Source: Mobula hypostoma (Eukaryota). From it: a DNA stretch of 64,000 bases. The notes below the pieces were generated by a model. The model made no database searches. It saw only the letters and a program-made list of their open reading frames with translations, and was not told the origin of the DNA. The first letter of the stretch is position 1; each line of letters begins with the position of its first letter. Where the stretch lies: contig NC_086108.1 of assembly GCF_963921235.1 (NCBI RefSeq), forward strand, positions 106,270,001 through 106,334,000, given 5' to 3'. The position numbers and the translations under genes were made by a program. Below, one piece after another: positions 23,615 through 35,385 of this stretch.

Positions 23615-23875
23615 GTGAGTGTGGTAAACCATATATATATAGGTTGTAACTGGGTTACCTATCTGGACACGCCCCTCTGCTGACTGCTCCTGTGGCTCCT
23701 CCCACAGACCCCTGAATAAAGGCAATTGTGTCACTGCTCCTCCCACAGTCCGAGGCAGAATCTCAGCATGGAAGTCCTATTGTACAGCAAATAAAAGCCT
23801 TTCAGTATTTACCCTACTTCCAGTCTTTTGGAGTAATTGATAGTGCGTCAATTTTATTAGCAGTAAGTTTAAAGC

Positions 23876-25471
23876 ATGGAACATGTCCTGAGACCTGACA
23901 AACTAGACCTCGACCCGCAAACACCTGAAGCCGGAATTGCTTTTGAGCTCTGGCTGGCCTGCTTCGAATCATACGTAGAGGAGATTGAAGTGACCGAGCC
24001 CACCGCGAAGCGCAAAGTTCTCCTCTCCAGGGTCAGTCCACAGGTCTACTCAATGATCAGAGACCAGACGAGCTATGACGGCGCGATGAGCGCCCTCAGA
24101 AGACAATACCTGCGGCCGGTAAACACCGTCGACGCGCGACATCGCTTCGCGACGCGGCAGCAGCGGCCCGGAGAGTCGAGCGCTGAGTTCGTCCGGGCCC
24201 TACAGACACTCGTGCGGGCCTGCGATTGCCAAGGGCTGATGGCTGAAGAGCATGCGGAGCTCCTAGTAAGAGACCCCTTCGTCACAGGGACCAGGTCAGT
24301 GTATGTGCGCCAGCGGCTGCTGGAACACACCGATCTTACCGTACGTTCGGCGACTGAACTGGCCGACATGATGGAGGCCGCTCTGCACAACTCTGACGCT
24401 CTCCAGGCACGCGATCTCCTGACGGCCTTGTGGACGCCGCAGACCCCGCAACCCTCCGGCGAATCGACTACGGTTGTTGCCAGTCGTGAGTCCGTGAAGT
24501 GCTACTTCTGCAGACTCGAGAAGCACCCCCGGAAACGCTGTCCGGCTCGAGAAGCTACCTGCTCCAGCTGCGGAAAGAAGGGCCACTTCACCAAGGCCTG
24601 TAAGCCCAAACCGCGAGCGGGGTCGAGCAGCACTGCGTGTGAGGCGTGCGGGTCGCCATCTTGCCTGCACGCCACCACCATGTGCAAGACATGGGGGCGG
24701 CCATCTTGGTCGGTGCCACCTCGCACCACCTACGACCCACGGGTGCTCACAAGGCACCCAGCCACACCGGACCAAGACAGCGACTCAACTCTGGCTTCCG
24801 TGACCCTCGACCAAAGTGCTCCCCACCAGCTCGCAAGGTCAATGATGGGCATCCTGGTGGAGGGGCACAGGACTAGCTGCCTGTTTGACACGGGCAGCAC
24901 GGAGAGTTTTATCCACCCGGCCACGGTGCAGCATTGTGGACTCATGATACGGCCGGTAAATCAGAGGGTCACCATGGTTTCCCGGTCGCATACAACAGAC
25001 ATCCGGGGGGGTTGTGTAGCGACACTAGTGGTGCAGGGCACAGAATATCGAGACTTTACGTTACTGGTCATGCCTCAACTGTGTGCCCCTGTGCTATTGG
25101 GGCTCAACTTCCAGAGACACCTGAAAAGCGTGACGATAGAGTATTGCGGGCTCTTCCCACCAATCACTGTCGTAAATCCTCAGTTTTGTGGGAATGCGTC
25201 ACACACCCCGCTACTGACCACCTCCACACACCGACCCGCTCATCCCACCCAACACCATGCCAACAGCCGCACTACGGACACCACTTGTGGCCTCTCCACC
25301 TTCAAGATCCCTCCCCTACCGTTGTTCGCCAACCTGACCCCCGGCTGTAAACCCGTGGCAACTAAAAGCAGGAGGTACAGCGCGGGGGACAGAGCTTTCA
25401 TTAAGTCGGAGGTGCAGCGGCTGCTCAGGGAGGGGGTCATTGAGGCAAGCACAAGTCCTTGGAGGGCGTAG
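23876..25471 (+). pseudogene. Gypsy gag-protease-start of RT
   Basis: QQRPGES, two CCHC knuckles (CYFC..H..C and CSSC..H..C), LFDTGS protease; premature TAG after SPWRA. Confidence 0.9.
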
Positions 25472-27378
25472 GTGGTCATTGTTCGGAACGGGGAGAAGAA
25501 TAGGATGGTCGTGGACTATAGCCTGACCATCAATAGGTTCACGCAAGCTCGACGCGTACCCTCTACCCCGCATCGCGGATATGGTCGACCAGATAGCACA
25601 GTACAAGATGTACTCGACCATAGACCCAAAATCCGCTTACCATCAGCTCCCCATCTGCTGGGAGGACCGCCCTTACACTGCCTTCGAGGCGGACAGCAGG
25701 CTTTATCAATTCCTGCACGTCCTCTTCGGTGTCACGAATGGTGTATCTGTCTTCCAGAGGGCAATGGACCGGATGGTGGATCAGTGCCAACTGAAGGCCA
25801 CGTTCCCATATCTGGATAACATCATCATCTGCGGTCATGACCCGCAGGATCACGACAACAACCTCCAAAAATCTCTCCAAGCGGCCAAAGCTTTCAATCT
25901 CACCTATAACAAGGACAAGTGTGTGTTTGGGACCACCCGACTTGCTATCCTTGGGTGTGTCGTGGAGGATGGAGTCATTGGCCCTGACCCCGAACGTATG
26001 TGCCTCTTGTTGGAACTCCCTCTTCCCAACACCCTCAGAGCCCTCAAAAGGTGCCTGGGCTTCTTTTCATATTACGCCCAATGGGTCTCTAACTACGCAG
26101 ACAAGGCCCGCCCCCTGTTCAAGTCCACCACATTCCCCCTCTCTGCCGAGGCCCACTCGGCCTTCAACCGCATAAAAGGGGACATTGCCAAAGCAGCAAT
26201 GCATGCGGTGGATGAGGCCAGGCGCGCAGATCATCCGGCTATACGCCCTACATGTAGACCTTTGCCACCCAGGGGTCACCCGGCTTTTCCACTTCGTGAA
26301 AGCCCGGAACTTGCCTTACTCCCTTGAGGAGTTCAGGATGATGACCAGGGACTGCCAAGTTTGCGCAGAGTGCAAACCGCACTTCTACTGATTCGAAAAG
26401 GCACAACTCATCAAGGCCACCCGCCCCTTTGAGCGACTGAGTGTCGACTTTAAGGGCCCCCTTCCCTCCACCGACCGCAATGTGTACTTTCTTAACGTTA
26501 TCGACGAGTACTCGCGGTTCCCCTTCGTCATCCCCTGCCCCAATACCACTACCACGTCAGTCATAAAAGCCCTGCACAAGCTCTTCACTCTGTTCGGATA
26601 CCCATACTATATCCACAGTGACAGAGGGTCCTTGTTTATGAATGATGAGCTGCACCAATACCTGCTGGCTAGGGGTATTACAACTAGTAGGACCACGAGC
26701 TATAATCCCCAGGGGAATGGACAGGTAGAGAAGGAGAATGCCACGGTGTGGAAAGCCACACTCTTAGCCCTCAGGTCAAAGAGACTGCCGGTCTCCCGCT
26801 GGCAGGAGGTCCTTCCCGAGGCACTCCAGTCCATCCGCTCCCTGTTATGCACAGCCACCAGTGCCACCCCTCATGAGCGACTCTTTTCTTTTCCCCGAAA
26901 GTTGGCCACCGGGACCACCCTACCAACTTGGCTGATGTCCCTGGGGCCAGTGCTGCTCCGGAAACATGCGAGGAGCAATAAATACTCCCTGATGGTCGAG
27001 AGGGTTCACTTACTTCATGCGAACCCCCAGTATGCCTATGTGGTTTTACCTGATGGGCTGGAGGACACGGTCTCCATTAGGGACCTGCCGCCCGCAGGAG
27101 CACCGGGCCCCTACCCTGAACACACCATGTTGACTATTAACCCCGTACCCACCGATATACATACCCACGAGACACTGCGCACTCCAAACCCTATACAGAC
27201 ACCACACGACACTCCCATACCGGGAGCGACGCACACGCACGAGGGATTACCGACACCTAACGTGCTGACACCTCAAGTCAGGCTGGAGCCAGCACAACCA
27301 CCGTTGCTGATGCAATCACCGCCAGTGCTACGTAGGTCACAGCAACGGACTCGACCGCCTGATAGACTTGACCTGTAA
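25472..27378 (+). pseudogene. Gypsy pol remnant: RT plus integrase, RNase H missing
   Basis: RMVVDY, AYHQL, YLDN(II); HPG..CQVC zinc-binding region; DFKGP, IDEYSRFP, IHSDRG, GNGQVEK integrase core; frameshifts and a stop. Confidence 0.9.
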
Positions 27379-27793
27379 ATATACTTGTTTTAAATATTGT
27401 CAGTCACTTCACCCCGCGGGACTCTTTTTAAAAAGGAGGGATGAATGTAGTAAACCATGTATATATGTTGTAACTAGGTTACCTGTCTGGACACGCCTTT
27501 CTGCTGACTGCCCCTGTGGCTCCTCCCACAGAACCCTGAATAAAGGCGATTGCGCCATTGCTCCTCCTCCCTCAGTCCAGGACAGATACTCAGCATGCAC
27601 ATTGGACCATTTACTGTTAAAAAAGGCCTTTCAGTATTTATTCTACTTCCAGTCGTTTGGAGTAATTGATAGTGCATCAGTGAGCCAGAATGGGGAATGG
27701 AAAAAAAGAAAGGGTGGGGGGGGGTGGGGAGAAAAGAGTGCCAACATTAAGACAAATCGATGTTCATGTCTGAAGAAGAAGTCTGATACGAGA

Positions 27794-27881
27794 CTTCTGT
27801 CAGTTTCGGCCTAAAATGTCAACTGTTTATGTACTTCCATAGATGCTGACCGACCTGCTGAGTTCCTACAGCATTTTGTTG
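27794..27881 (+). mobile_element. Short Penelope pseudo-LTR insertion
   Basis: Pseudo-LTR motifs; 13-bp TSD GTCTGATA(C/G)GAGA at 27781-27793 and 27882-27894. Confidence 0.7.
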
Positions 27882-28256
27882 GTCTGATAGGAGATGAGAG
27901 TGAACCATGGGAGAAAGAGAAGGTGGAAATGTATGAACATGATGGGCTGAAGGGCCCATTTCTGCACCCTACTGTTCTAAGACACTCAGCGAGCTGGAAA
28001 AATGAGGGATAAAATAGGATATTTCTACAGATGTACCATGGAGAGCATTCTAACCAGCTCCATCACCATCTGGTATGGGGGGGGGGGGGAGCAGGTGGTT
28101 ACAGCACAGGATTGAAGTAAGCTGCAGAAAGTTGTAAGCTCAGTCAGCTCCAACATGGACACTAGTTTCCAAAGTATGCAGGATATCTTCAAGGTGTAAT
28201 GTCTCAAAAAGGCAGCATCCGTCATTAAGGAGCTCCATCATCCAGCACGTGTCTTA

Positions 28257-31200
28257 CATAGAAACATAGAAAATAGGTGCAGGAGTAGGCCATTCGGCCC
28301 TTTGAGCCTGCACCGCCATTTATTATGATCATGGCTGATCATCCAACTCAGAACCCCGCCCCAGCCTTCCCTCCATACCCCCTGACCCCCGGAGCCACAA
28401 GGGCCACATCTAACTCCCTCTTAAATATAGCCAATGAACTGGCCTTAACAGTTTCCTGTGGCAGAGAATTCCACAGATTCACCACTCTCTGTGTGAAGAA
28501 GTTTTTCCTAATCTCGGTCCTGAAAGGCTTCCCCTCTATCCTCAAACTGTGACCCCTCGTTCTGGACTTCCCCAACATCGGGAACAATCTTCCCGCATCT
28601 AGCCTGTCCAATCCCTTTAGGATCTTATACGTTTCAATCAGATCCCCCCTCAATCTTCTAAATTCCAACGAGTACAAGCCCAATTCATCCAGTCTTTCCT
28701 CATATGAAAGTCCCGCCATCACAGGAATCAATCTGGTGAACCTTCTTTGTACTCCCTCTATGGCAAAGATGTCTTTCCTCAGATTAGGGGACCAAAACTG
28801 CACACAATACTCCAGGTGTGGTCTCACCAAGGCCTTGTACAACTGCAGTAGTACCTCCCTGCTCCTGTACTCGAATCCTCTCGCTATAAATGCGAGCATA
28901 CCATTCGCCTTTTTCACTGCCTACTGTACCTGCATGCCCACTTTCAATGACTGGTGTATAATGACACCCAGGTCTCGTTGCACCTCCCCTTTTCCTAATC
29001 GGCCACCATTCAGATAATAATCTGTTTTCCTATTTTTGCCACCAAAGTGGATAACTTCACATTTATCCACATTAAATTGCATCTGCCATGAGTTTGCCCA
29101 CTCACCCAACCTATCCAAGTCACCCTGCATCCTCTTAGCATCCTCCTCACTGCTAACACTGCCACCCAGCTTCGTGTCATCCGCAAACTAGGAGATGCTG
29201 CATTTAATTCCCTCATCCAAGTTATTAATATATATTGTAAACAACTGGGGTCCCAGCACTGAGCCTTGCGGTACCCCACTAGTCACCGCCTGCCATTCTG
29301 AAAAGGTCCCGTTTATTCCCACTCTTTGCTTCCTGTCTGCTAACCAATTCTCCACCCACACCAATACCTTACCCCCAATACCGTGTGCTTTAAGTTTGCA
29401 TACTAATCTCCTGTGTGGGACCTTGTCAAAAGCCTTTTGAAAATCCAAATATACCACATCCACTGGTTTTCCCCTATCCACTCTACTAGTTACATCCTAA
29501 AAAAATTCTGTGAGATTCGTCAGACATGATTTTCCTTTCACAAATCCATGCTGACTTTGTCCGATCATTTCACCGCTTTCCAAATGTGCTGTTATCACAT
29601 CCTTGATAACTGACTCTAGCAGTTTCCCCACCACCGATGTTAGGCTAACCGGTCTATAATTCCCTGGTTTCTCTTTCCCTCCTTTTTTAAAAAGTGGGAT
29701 TACATTAGCCACCCTCCAATCCTCAGGAACTAGTCCAGAATCTAAAGAGTTTTGAAAAATTATTACTAATGCATCCACTATTTCTTGGGCTACTTCCTTA
29801 AGCACTCTGGGATGCAGACCATGGAAAGCATTGCAGCCAGAGTTCCTTCCCTGCCCTTCAGTCGCCCCATGGGAAGCTATTGCAGCTTAGGAGGAAATGC
29901 GATGCTACCAAGTGGACCAATCACAGTTGTTCTGTCTGCGTTGCCGCGACGCGCAGTTACATTTTGGGAGAGGTGCGCGTCAGGCTACGGCGTAGGGATC
30001 CGCGTCGGCGTTGCATAGGGTTTGCGGTGACGCAGTACTTACGGAGTCGAGCTGACGCAGAAGTATAAATCAGGCTTTACTCTGCAGCCATTGGGCTCCT
30101 GTAGCAATGTCACTCACCTCAGCACTGAACTGACTCTGCAGCTCAGAGTTTCATTATTGCTTGTTTACATTTTTTTAAGTCTTTACAGAATTTGTCCTCT
30201 TTTCCACATTGGATGTAAGTTAGTCTTTGGTTTTTCATAGATCCTAATGTACTTCTTCGGTTTCAAGGAAGAATTTGAATTTCTATTTCTTGCTGCAGAG
30301 TCCCCAGCAGCGAGTCGACAGCTGCAGTGTCAGTTCAGCACAGAGGGAAGTGAAGCCACTCCGGGGGTCTGATGGCTGCAGGCAGGAATTGCTCCCAAAC
30401 CTGTCGGTGTGGGACCCAAGACTCTTGCACCTACTGCCTGATGGTGGCAGTGAGAAAAGGGGGAGACAGGTTAAATGGGGGCAGATGGGGTTTCCAATCC
30501 TCAGGAACTAGTCCAGAATCTAACGAGTTTTGAAAAATTATCACTAATGCATCCACTATTTCTTGGGCTACTTCCTTAAGCACTCTGGGATGCAGACCAT
30601 CTGGCCCTGGGGATTTATCTGCCTTCAATCCCTTCAATTTACCTAACACCACTTCCCTACTAACATGTATTTCGCTCAGTTCCTCCATCTCACTGGACCC
30701 TCTGTCCCTTACTATTTCTGGAAGATTATTTATGTCCTCCTTAGTGAAGACAGAACCAAAGTAATTATTCAATTGGTCTGCCATGTCCTTGCTCCCCATA
30801 ATCAATTCACCTGCTTTTGTCTGCAGGGGACCTACATTTGTCTTTACCAGTCTTTTCCTTTTTACGTATCTATAAAAGCTTTTACAGTCCGTTTTTATGT
30901 TCTCTGCCAGTTTTCTCTCATAATCTTTTTTCCCCTTCCTAATTAAGCCCTTTGTCCTCCTCTGCTGAACTCTGAATTTCTCCCAGTCCTCAGGTGAGCC
31001 ACTTTCTCTGACTAATTTGTATGCTTCTTCTTTGGAATTGATACTATCCCTAATTTCCCTTGTCAGCCACGGGTCCACCGTCAATCCTTTAAGTGTCATT
31101 TGCCAATCTATCTTAGCTAATTCACGTCTCATACCTTCAAAGTTACCCCTCTTTAAGTTCAGAACCTTTGTTTCTGAATTAACTATGTCACTGTCCATCT

Positions 31201-31740
31201 TAATGAAGAATTCCACCATATTATGGTCACTCTTACCCAAGGGGCCTCTCACAACAAGATTGCTAATTAACCCTTCTTCATTGCTCAAAACCCAGTCTAG
31301 AATAGCCTGCTCTCTAGTTGCTTCCTCGACATGTTGGTTCAAAAAACCATCCCGCATACATTCCAAGAAATCCTCTTCCTCAGCACCTTTACCAATTTGG
31401 TTCACCCAGTCTACATGTAGATTGAAGTCACCCATTATAACTGCTGTTCCTTTATTGCACGCATTTCTAATTTCCTGTTTAATACCATCTCCGACCTCAC
31501 TACTACTGTTAGGTGGCCTGTACACAACTCTCACCAGCGTCTTCTGCCCCTTGGTGTTACGCAGCTCTACCCATATCGATTCCACATCTTCCCGGCTTAT
31601 GTCCTTCCTTTCTATTGCGTTAATCTCTCCTTTAACCAGCAACGCCACCCCACCTCCCCTTCCTTCATGTCTATCCCTCCTGAATATTGAATATCCCTGA
31701 ACATTGAGCTCCCATCCCTGGTCACCCTGGAGCCATGTCT
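28257..31740 (-). mobile_element. Young CR1 LINE (APE plus RT) with an internal templated insertion
   Basis: ORFs 30431-31648, 29497-29805, 29188-29481, 28921-29130 and 28348-28917; (TTCTATG)-type tail at ~28257. Confidence 0.92.
29823..30492 (-). repeat. Inverted copy of 50297-50962 embedded in CR1
   Basis: Direct sequence identity (ORFs 29785/50768, 29880/50718 and 30275/50271 near-identical); flanked by a 108-bp CR1 duplication (29715-29822 and 30493-30600). Confidence 0.92.
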
Positions 31741-32640
31741 TGTTTTCACTGCTGTCACCTGGGAGGAGGTACAGGAGCCTGAAGGCTCACACTCGACAAT
31801 TCAGGAACAGCTTCTTCCCCTCTGCCATTAGATTTCTGAATGTACGTTGAACCCATTAACACTACCTCACTACTTTCTTTAATTTTATATTTGCATTGCA
31901 TATTTAATTTAACTTTGATATTTATATGCTTACTGTAATTCATGTCTATTATTATATATTGCATGGTACTGCTGCCGCAAAGACAACACATTTCACAACA
32001 TATATGGCGATATTAAACTTGATTCTGAGGAGTAAGAGGAAGGAATAAAAGGAGAGAGCAGAGAGTAGAAACAAATGAACATTTTTAAAGCAGGCACCCC
32101 ATTAATGTGACAACCTATTAGTCTGATTGGCAAAAGGTTGGAATGCAATTGTACTTGAGTGAATCTATAAAGCTAATATAAATGCATTCTCCTGTGAAGG
32201 AAAGACATTTTCCTCTCAGATATCTCCAGCTCCCCCCTCTACCTTACACCCAGCGCACAGCGGGGGCTTGTCTCCATCAACGAAAATAAGCATTTTGCCA
32301 CTGGCATTTGTACAAAACGAGGAGAAGTATGACAGCGAAAGGAGACGAGAGATTGTCAGCTGCATTTTTGATCTTAAAAATATTAACCACGCAAATCATT
32401 TGCTTGATAACAGCCTGCCACAGTTTCATGTCTGATCTCAGCGTTGCAAATTCAGGAAGACCTTTAGTCCATCCTCAATGACTGTTATTTCATCAAAGGT
32501 AAATCTTTCAGAGAGTCTGGTCTAAAGGCAGTGCTGAATTTACATCTGGTTACATTAACAAAATGGTAAGGAAAGGCGGGAGTTGAAAGCCAGCTCCCAT
32601 TCACAGTGTTTGCAGCACAGTCCATGACGTCTGTGCCAGA

Positions 32641-32960
32641 GAAACACACACAAAATGCTGGAGGAACCCAGTAGGTCAGACAGCGTCGACAGAGGGGAAT
32701 AAACAGTCGTCATTTTGGGCTGAAAGCTTTCATCAGGACCTGGAAAGAAAGGGGGAAGAAGCCAGAAAGAGAAGGTGGGAGGAGGGGAAGGAGTACGAGC
32801 TGGCAGGTGACAGCTGAGAGGGAAGGTGGATGTGTGGGGGAAGAGGGGGAAGAGGTGAGAAGCTGGGAGGTGATTGTTGGAGAGGTTAAAGGGCTGAAGA
32901 AGGAGGAATCTGGTAGGTGAGGAGAGTGGACCATGGGAGAAAGAGAAGGAGGAGGGACAC
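32641..32960 (-). mobile_element. Penelope pseudo-LTR/3'UTR fragment
   Basis: Reverse pseudo-LTR motifs, degenerate hammerhead ~32705-32740. Confidence 0.7.
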
Positions 32961-34035
32961 CAGTTATTTCCTCAAAGAATTTCATCAGATTTGTCAGGCA
33001 GGATTTCCCTTTAAGGAAACCATGCTAACTTTGTCCTATTTTATCTACTTTCAGATTTTTCAGCTTCCCAAGCATCTTCCCCTTAGTAATAGCAATGACA
33101 CTCACTTCTGCCCCTGACACTCTCATATTTCTGTCATATACAGTGAAGACAGATGCAAAATACTTACTAACGTCATCTGCTATTTCCTTGTCCCCACATT
33201 ATTTATGGGTAGGGTTATGATGGCACTAGACAGCCACTTCTTTGAGCACATCAGTGGAAACAGCTTAATTTCTACCTTTAATGTCTCTCCTTGTCCTTTT
33301 TAAAGTGGACCGAGTTCTGTTGGAGACCCTATCGAGCTGCACTCAAACTTCAGGTTTTTATGATGTTGGTTCCCACTCCCAGGGCTCACCAAATGGCTGT
33401 TTCTCGATATCCCAAGGACGTGAACTTGAAGACAAGTGCGCCTTTGGGGTTCCAAAGCTTTGTGTCCCTGGGGTGGGACAAGCCGATTCTAAGTTTGTGC
33501 CAATGAATGAGGCGTCACGGGAGAAAACGGAATATTGGGAAAAGCGGATCAGCTGTCAGGAGCTCTGTACTCAGATCGCGCTCTCTTTCTCTCTCTTGTT
33601 GGCTGGGGAGAGCTTGTCCCTGATTCTCAAGTCAGAGAACTCGGGGGGTGGGGAAAGTGACGTGGCAGATTTCAAAACTGGAAGTCAACGAGTTGTTTTG
33701 TTTCTGTCTCCCCTCTCACTGAGTGACTCCATGCTACCCCTTGATCCGGGAGAGAGATCCTGTTGTATGTTGAATGATTAGTATTTGTTGTACTGCAGAT
33801 CATGGTCTTTGCTATTGTTCGCTTGGTGGGTAGAGGGGGCTGAATCTTTTCACTGAAGTAAGTGGGGGAGAGGGAGGGTCATTGCCTTGCTGCTGTTTGT
33901 GTGCCTGGTGGGAGGCTCCCTTGAGGTTCTAACGTTTTTACCATCACATTCTTTGGGCCACTCCTCTGTTTTTGTGGATGTCTGTCTAGAACAAGAATTT
34001 CAGGTTGACTATCGTATACATTCCCTGTCATTAAG

Positions 34036-35385
34036 AACATCCAGCCGAATGTGAGATCAGGCAGGAAGTGGTCAGCCCGTGTAGCAGTTGTTGGGGTATA
34101 GTCTAGATTGAAGCACAAGGAGACGGTTGGGGCTATCCAGCTAGGCCGCCAGGGACTTGGGTGGACAACTCACAAGTGGTGGTCATCTTTCACAGGTAAG
34201 GAGCGCCGTGAGCTTGTAACACAAGAAATATGAGAGGTAGAAGAGGAGAAGAGGTCAGCTAAAACAGCTGGCCTGGCCTAACAAGGGGCTTGGACCTGGT
34301 GGGAAAAAGGTTGAACAACGACATTTATCTTGGAATGTTCTGTGGCAGATGGAACCGCTCCGCATCTCTTTTTTATGCAGAGCAGCGTACGATCTGCTCC
34401 CAACACCTGCCAACCTCAGCACCTGGTATGAAGATAAGGCAGACAGGTGTGCTGCTTGTGGTGAGAAGGGAACACCTCAACACATCTTGAGTGCACGCAG
34501 AGTCAATCTCTCCAGCGGCATGTACACGTGGAGACATAACAACGTTCTCAAAGTTGTAACAGAAGCGGTTGAGCAGAGAGTACTGCAGCACAACTTATCT
34601 CATGCCCCATGCTGCACAGAACATCGCATATCATTTGTGAAAGGAGGCTCCAAGTCAAGGGTGTACAGCACAGGCTCACGATCAAGCATACTTTCTTCAG
34701 CCAATGATTGGTGTGTCAAGGCCGACCTGGATGGGAAAGGCAGTTTCCCAGAGCAAATAGCTTTCACCACATTGCGTCCAGATATAATCGTGTGGTCTGA
34801 TGCCAGTAGAGAAGCGGTTATTGGTGAACTCTCAATCCCCTGGGAAGACAACATTGATGAAGCCCATGAGGGCAAGTTAACCAAGTATGCAGAATTAAGA
34901 TCAGAGTGCAGAGACAGTGAGTGGAAGGTCTCATGCTATCCATTCGAAGTAGGCTGCCGTGGGTTTATTGCGTTCACTTTCCAGAAGTGGCTGCGTGACT
35001 TTGGCTTCACTAGAAGAGAGATCAAGTCAACTAGCAGGGCTGTAGCTGAGGCAGCAGAGAAAGGATCAGCGTGGGTGTGGACCAAGTATGTCCAGAGGGG
35101 CAGATAGTCAGACAGTGTATACATATCTTGCAAACCCTTCAGCAGTTGCATAGACACCTGAAGAGCAGACTATCTGTTGGATGGAAGTGACTGATAGAGG
35201 CAGATGCCAAGTTTTTAATCTCACCAGTGGGAGGTGGTGCTTTAGCACTGCTGGCCCACCACCTCGAGGGAGTCTTGATCATAAGCGGGCCGAAACTCCT
35301 GAAGACAGGTGGCAGATCAACTGATGATCCCACTGGTGATAGCACGGGACAGTTAACATCTTAGTCCAAGTGTATTTTTAACACA
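34036..35385 (+). mobile_element. Hero-like element family B, 5'-truncated
   Basis: ORF 34349-35107: YDLLPTPANL, CAAC..HILS, WRHN, LRPDII..ELSIPWE..KLTKY..EVGCRGF. Confidence 0.9.
35221..35339 (+). ncRNA. Putative non-circularly permuted hammerhead ribozyme in Hero B 3'UTR, core intact
   Basis: GGGAGT-C (35268-35274); stem I TTGATC(35275-35280)/GATCAA(35315-35320); CTGATGA 35321-35327; GAAA 35292-35295 plus CTCCT stem III; stem II GGCCC/GGGCC; closing helix TCACCAGTGGGA/TCCCACTGGTGA. Confidence 0.75.

Larger units (their letters stand above)
23620..27679 (+). mobile_element. Gypsy/Ty3 LTR retrotransposon (Mag-like), defective
   Basis: LTRs 23620-23850 and 27446-27679 (TG..CA); 5-bp TSD GTGAG at 23615-23619 and 27680-27684; polypurine tract 27430-27445; gag-PR-RT-IN order. 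Confidence 0.95.
28021..32030 (+). mobile_element. Old Rex1-like fragment split by a CR1 (pieces 28021-28256 and 31735-32030)
   Basis: FYRCTMESILT..AASVIKE.HHPA continues as LFSLLSPGRRYRSLKAHT on the far side; TGTCTT at both junctions. Confidence 0.7.

Noticed and set aside
28257..30492. Simple 2.2-kb inverted segmental duplication of 50.3-52.5 kb
   Set aside because: The 3' CR1 portion carries non-donor alleles and lacks the donor's short deletion near 51690, so only the junction-proximal tract was copied
31017..31700. 227-aa plus-strand ORF and other antisense ORFs over CR1 and Gypsy elements
   Set aside because: Shadow frames of transposon coding sequence with no independent motifs
33281..33781. 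166-aa ORF
   Set aside because: Lies in an unclassified repeat-like region; no recognisable domain
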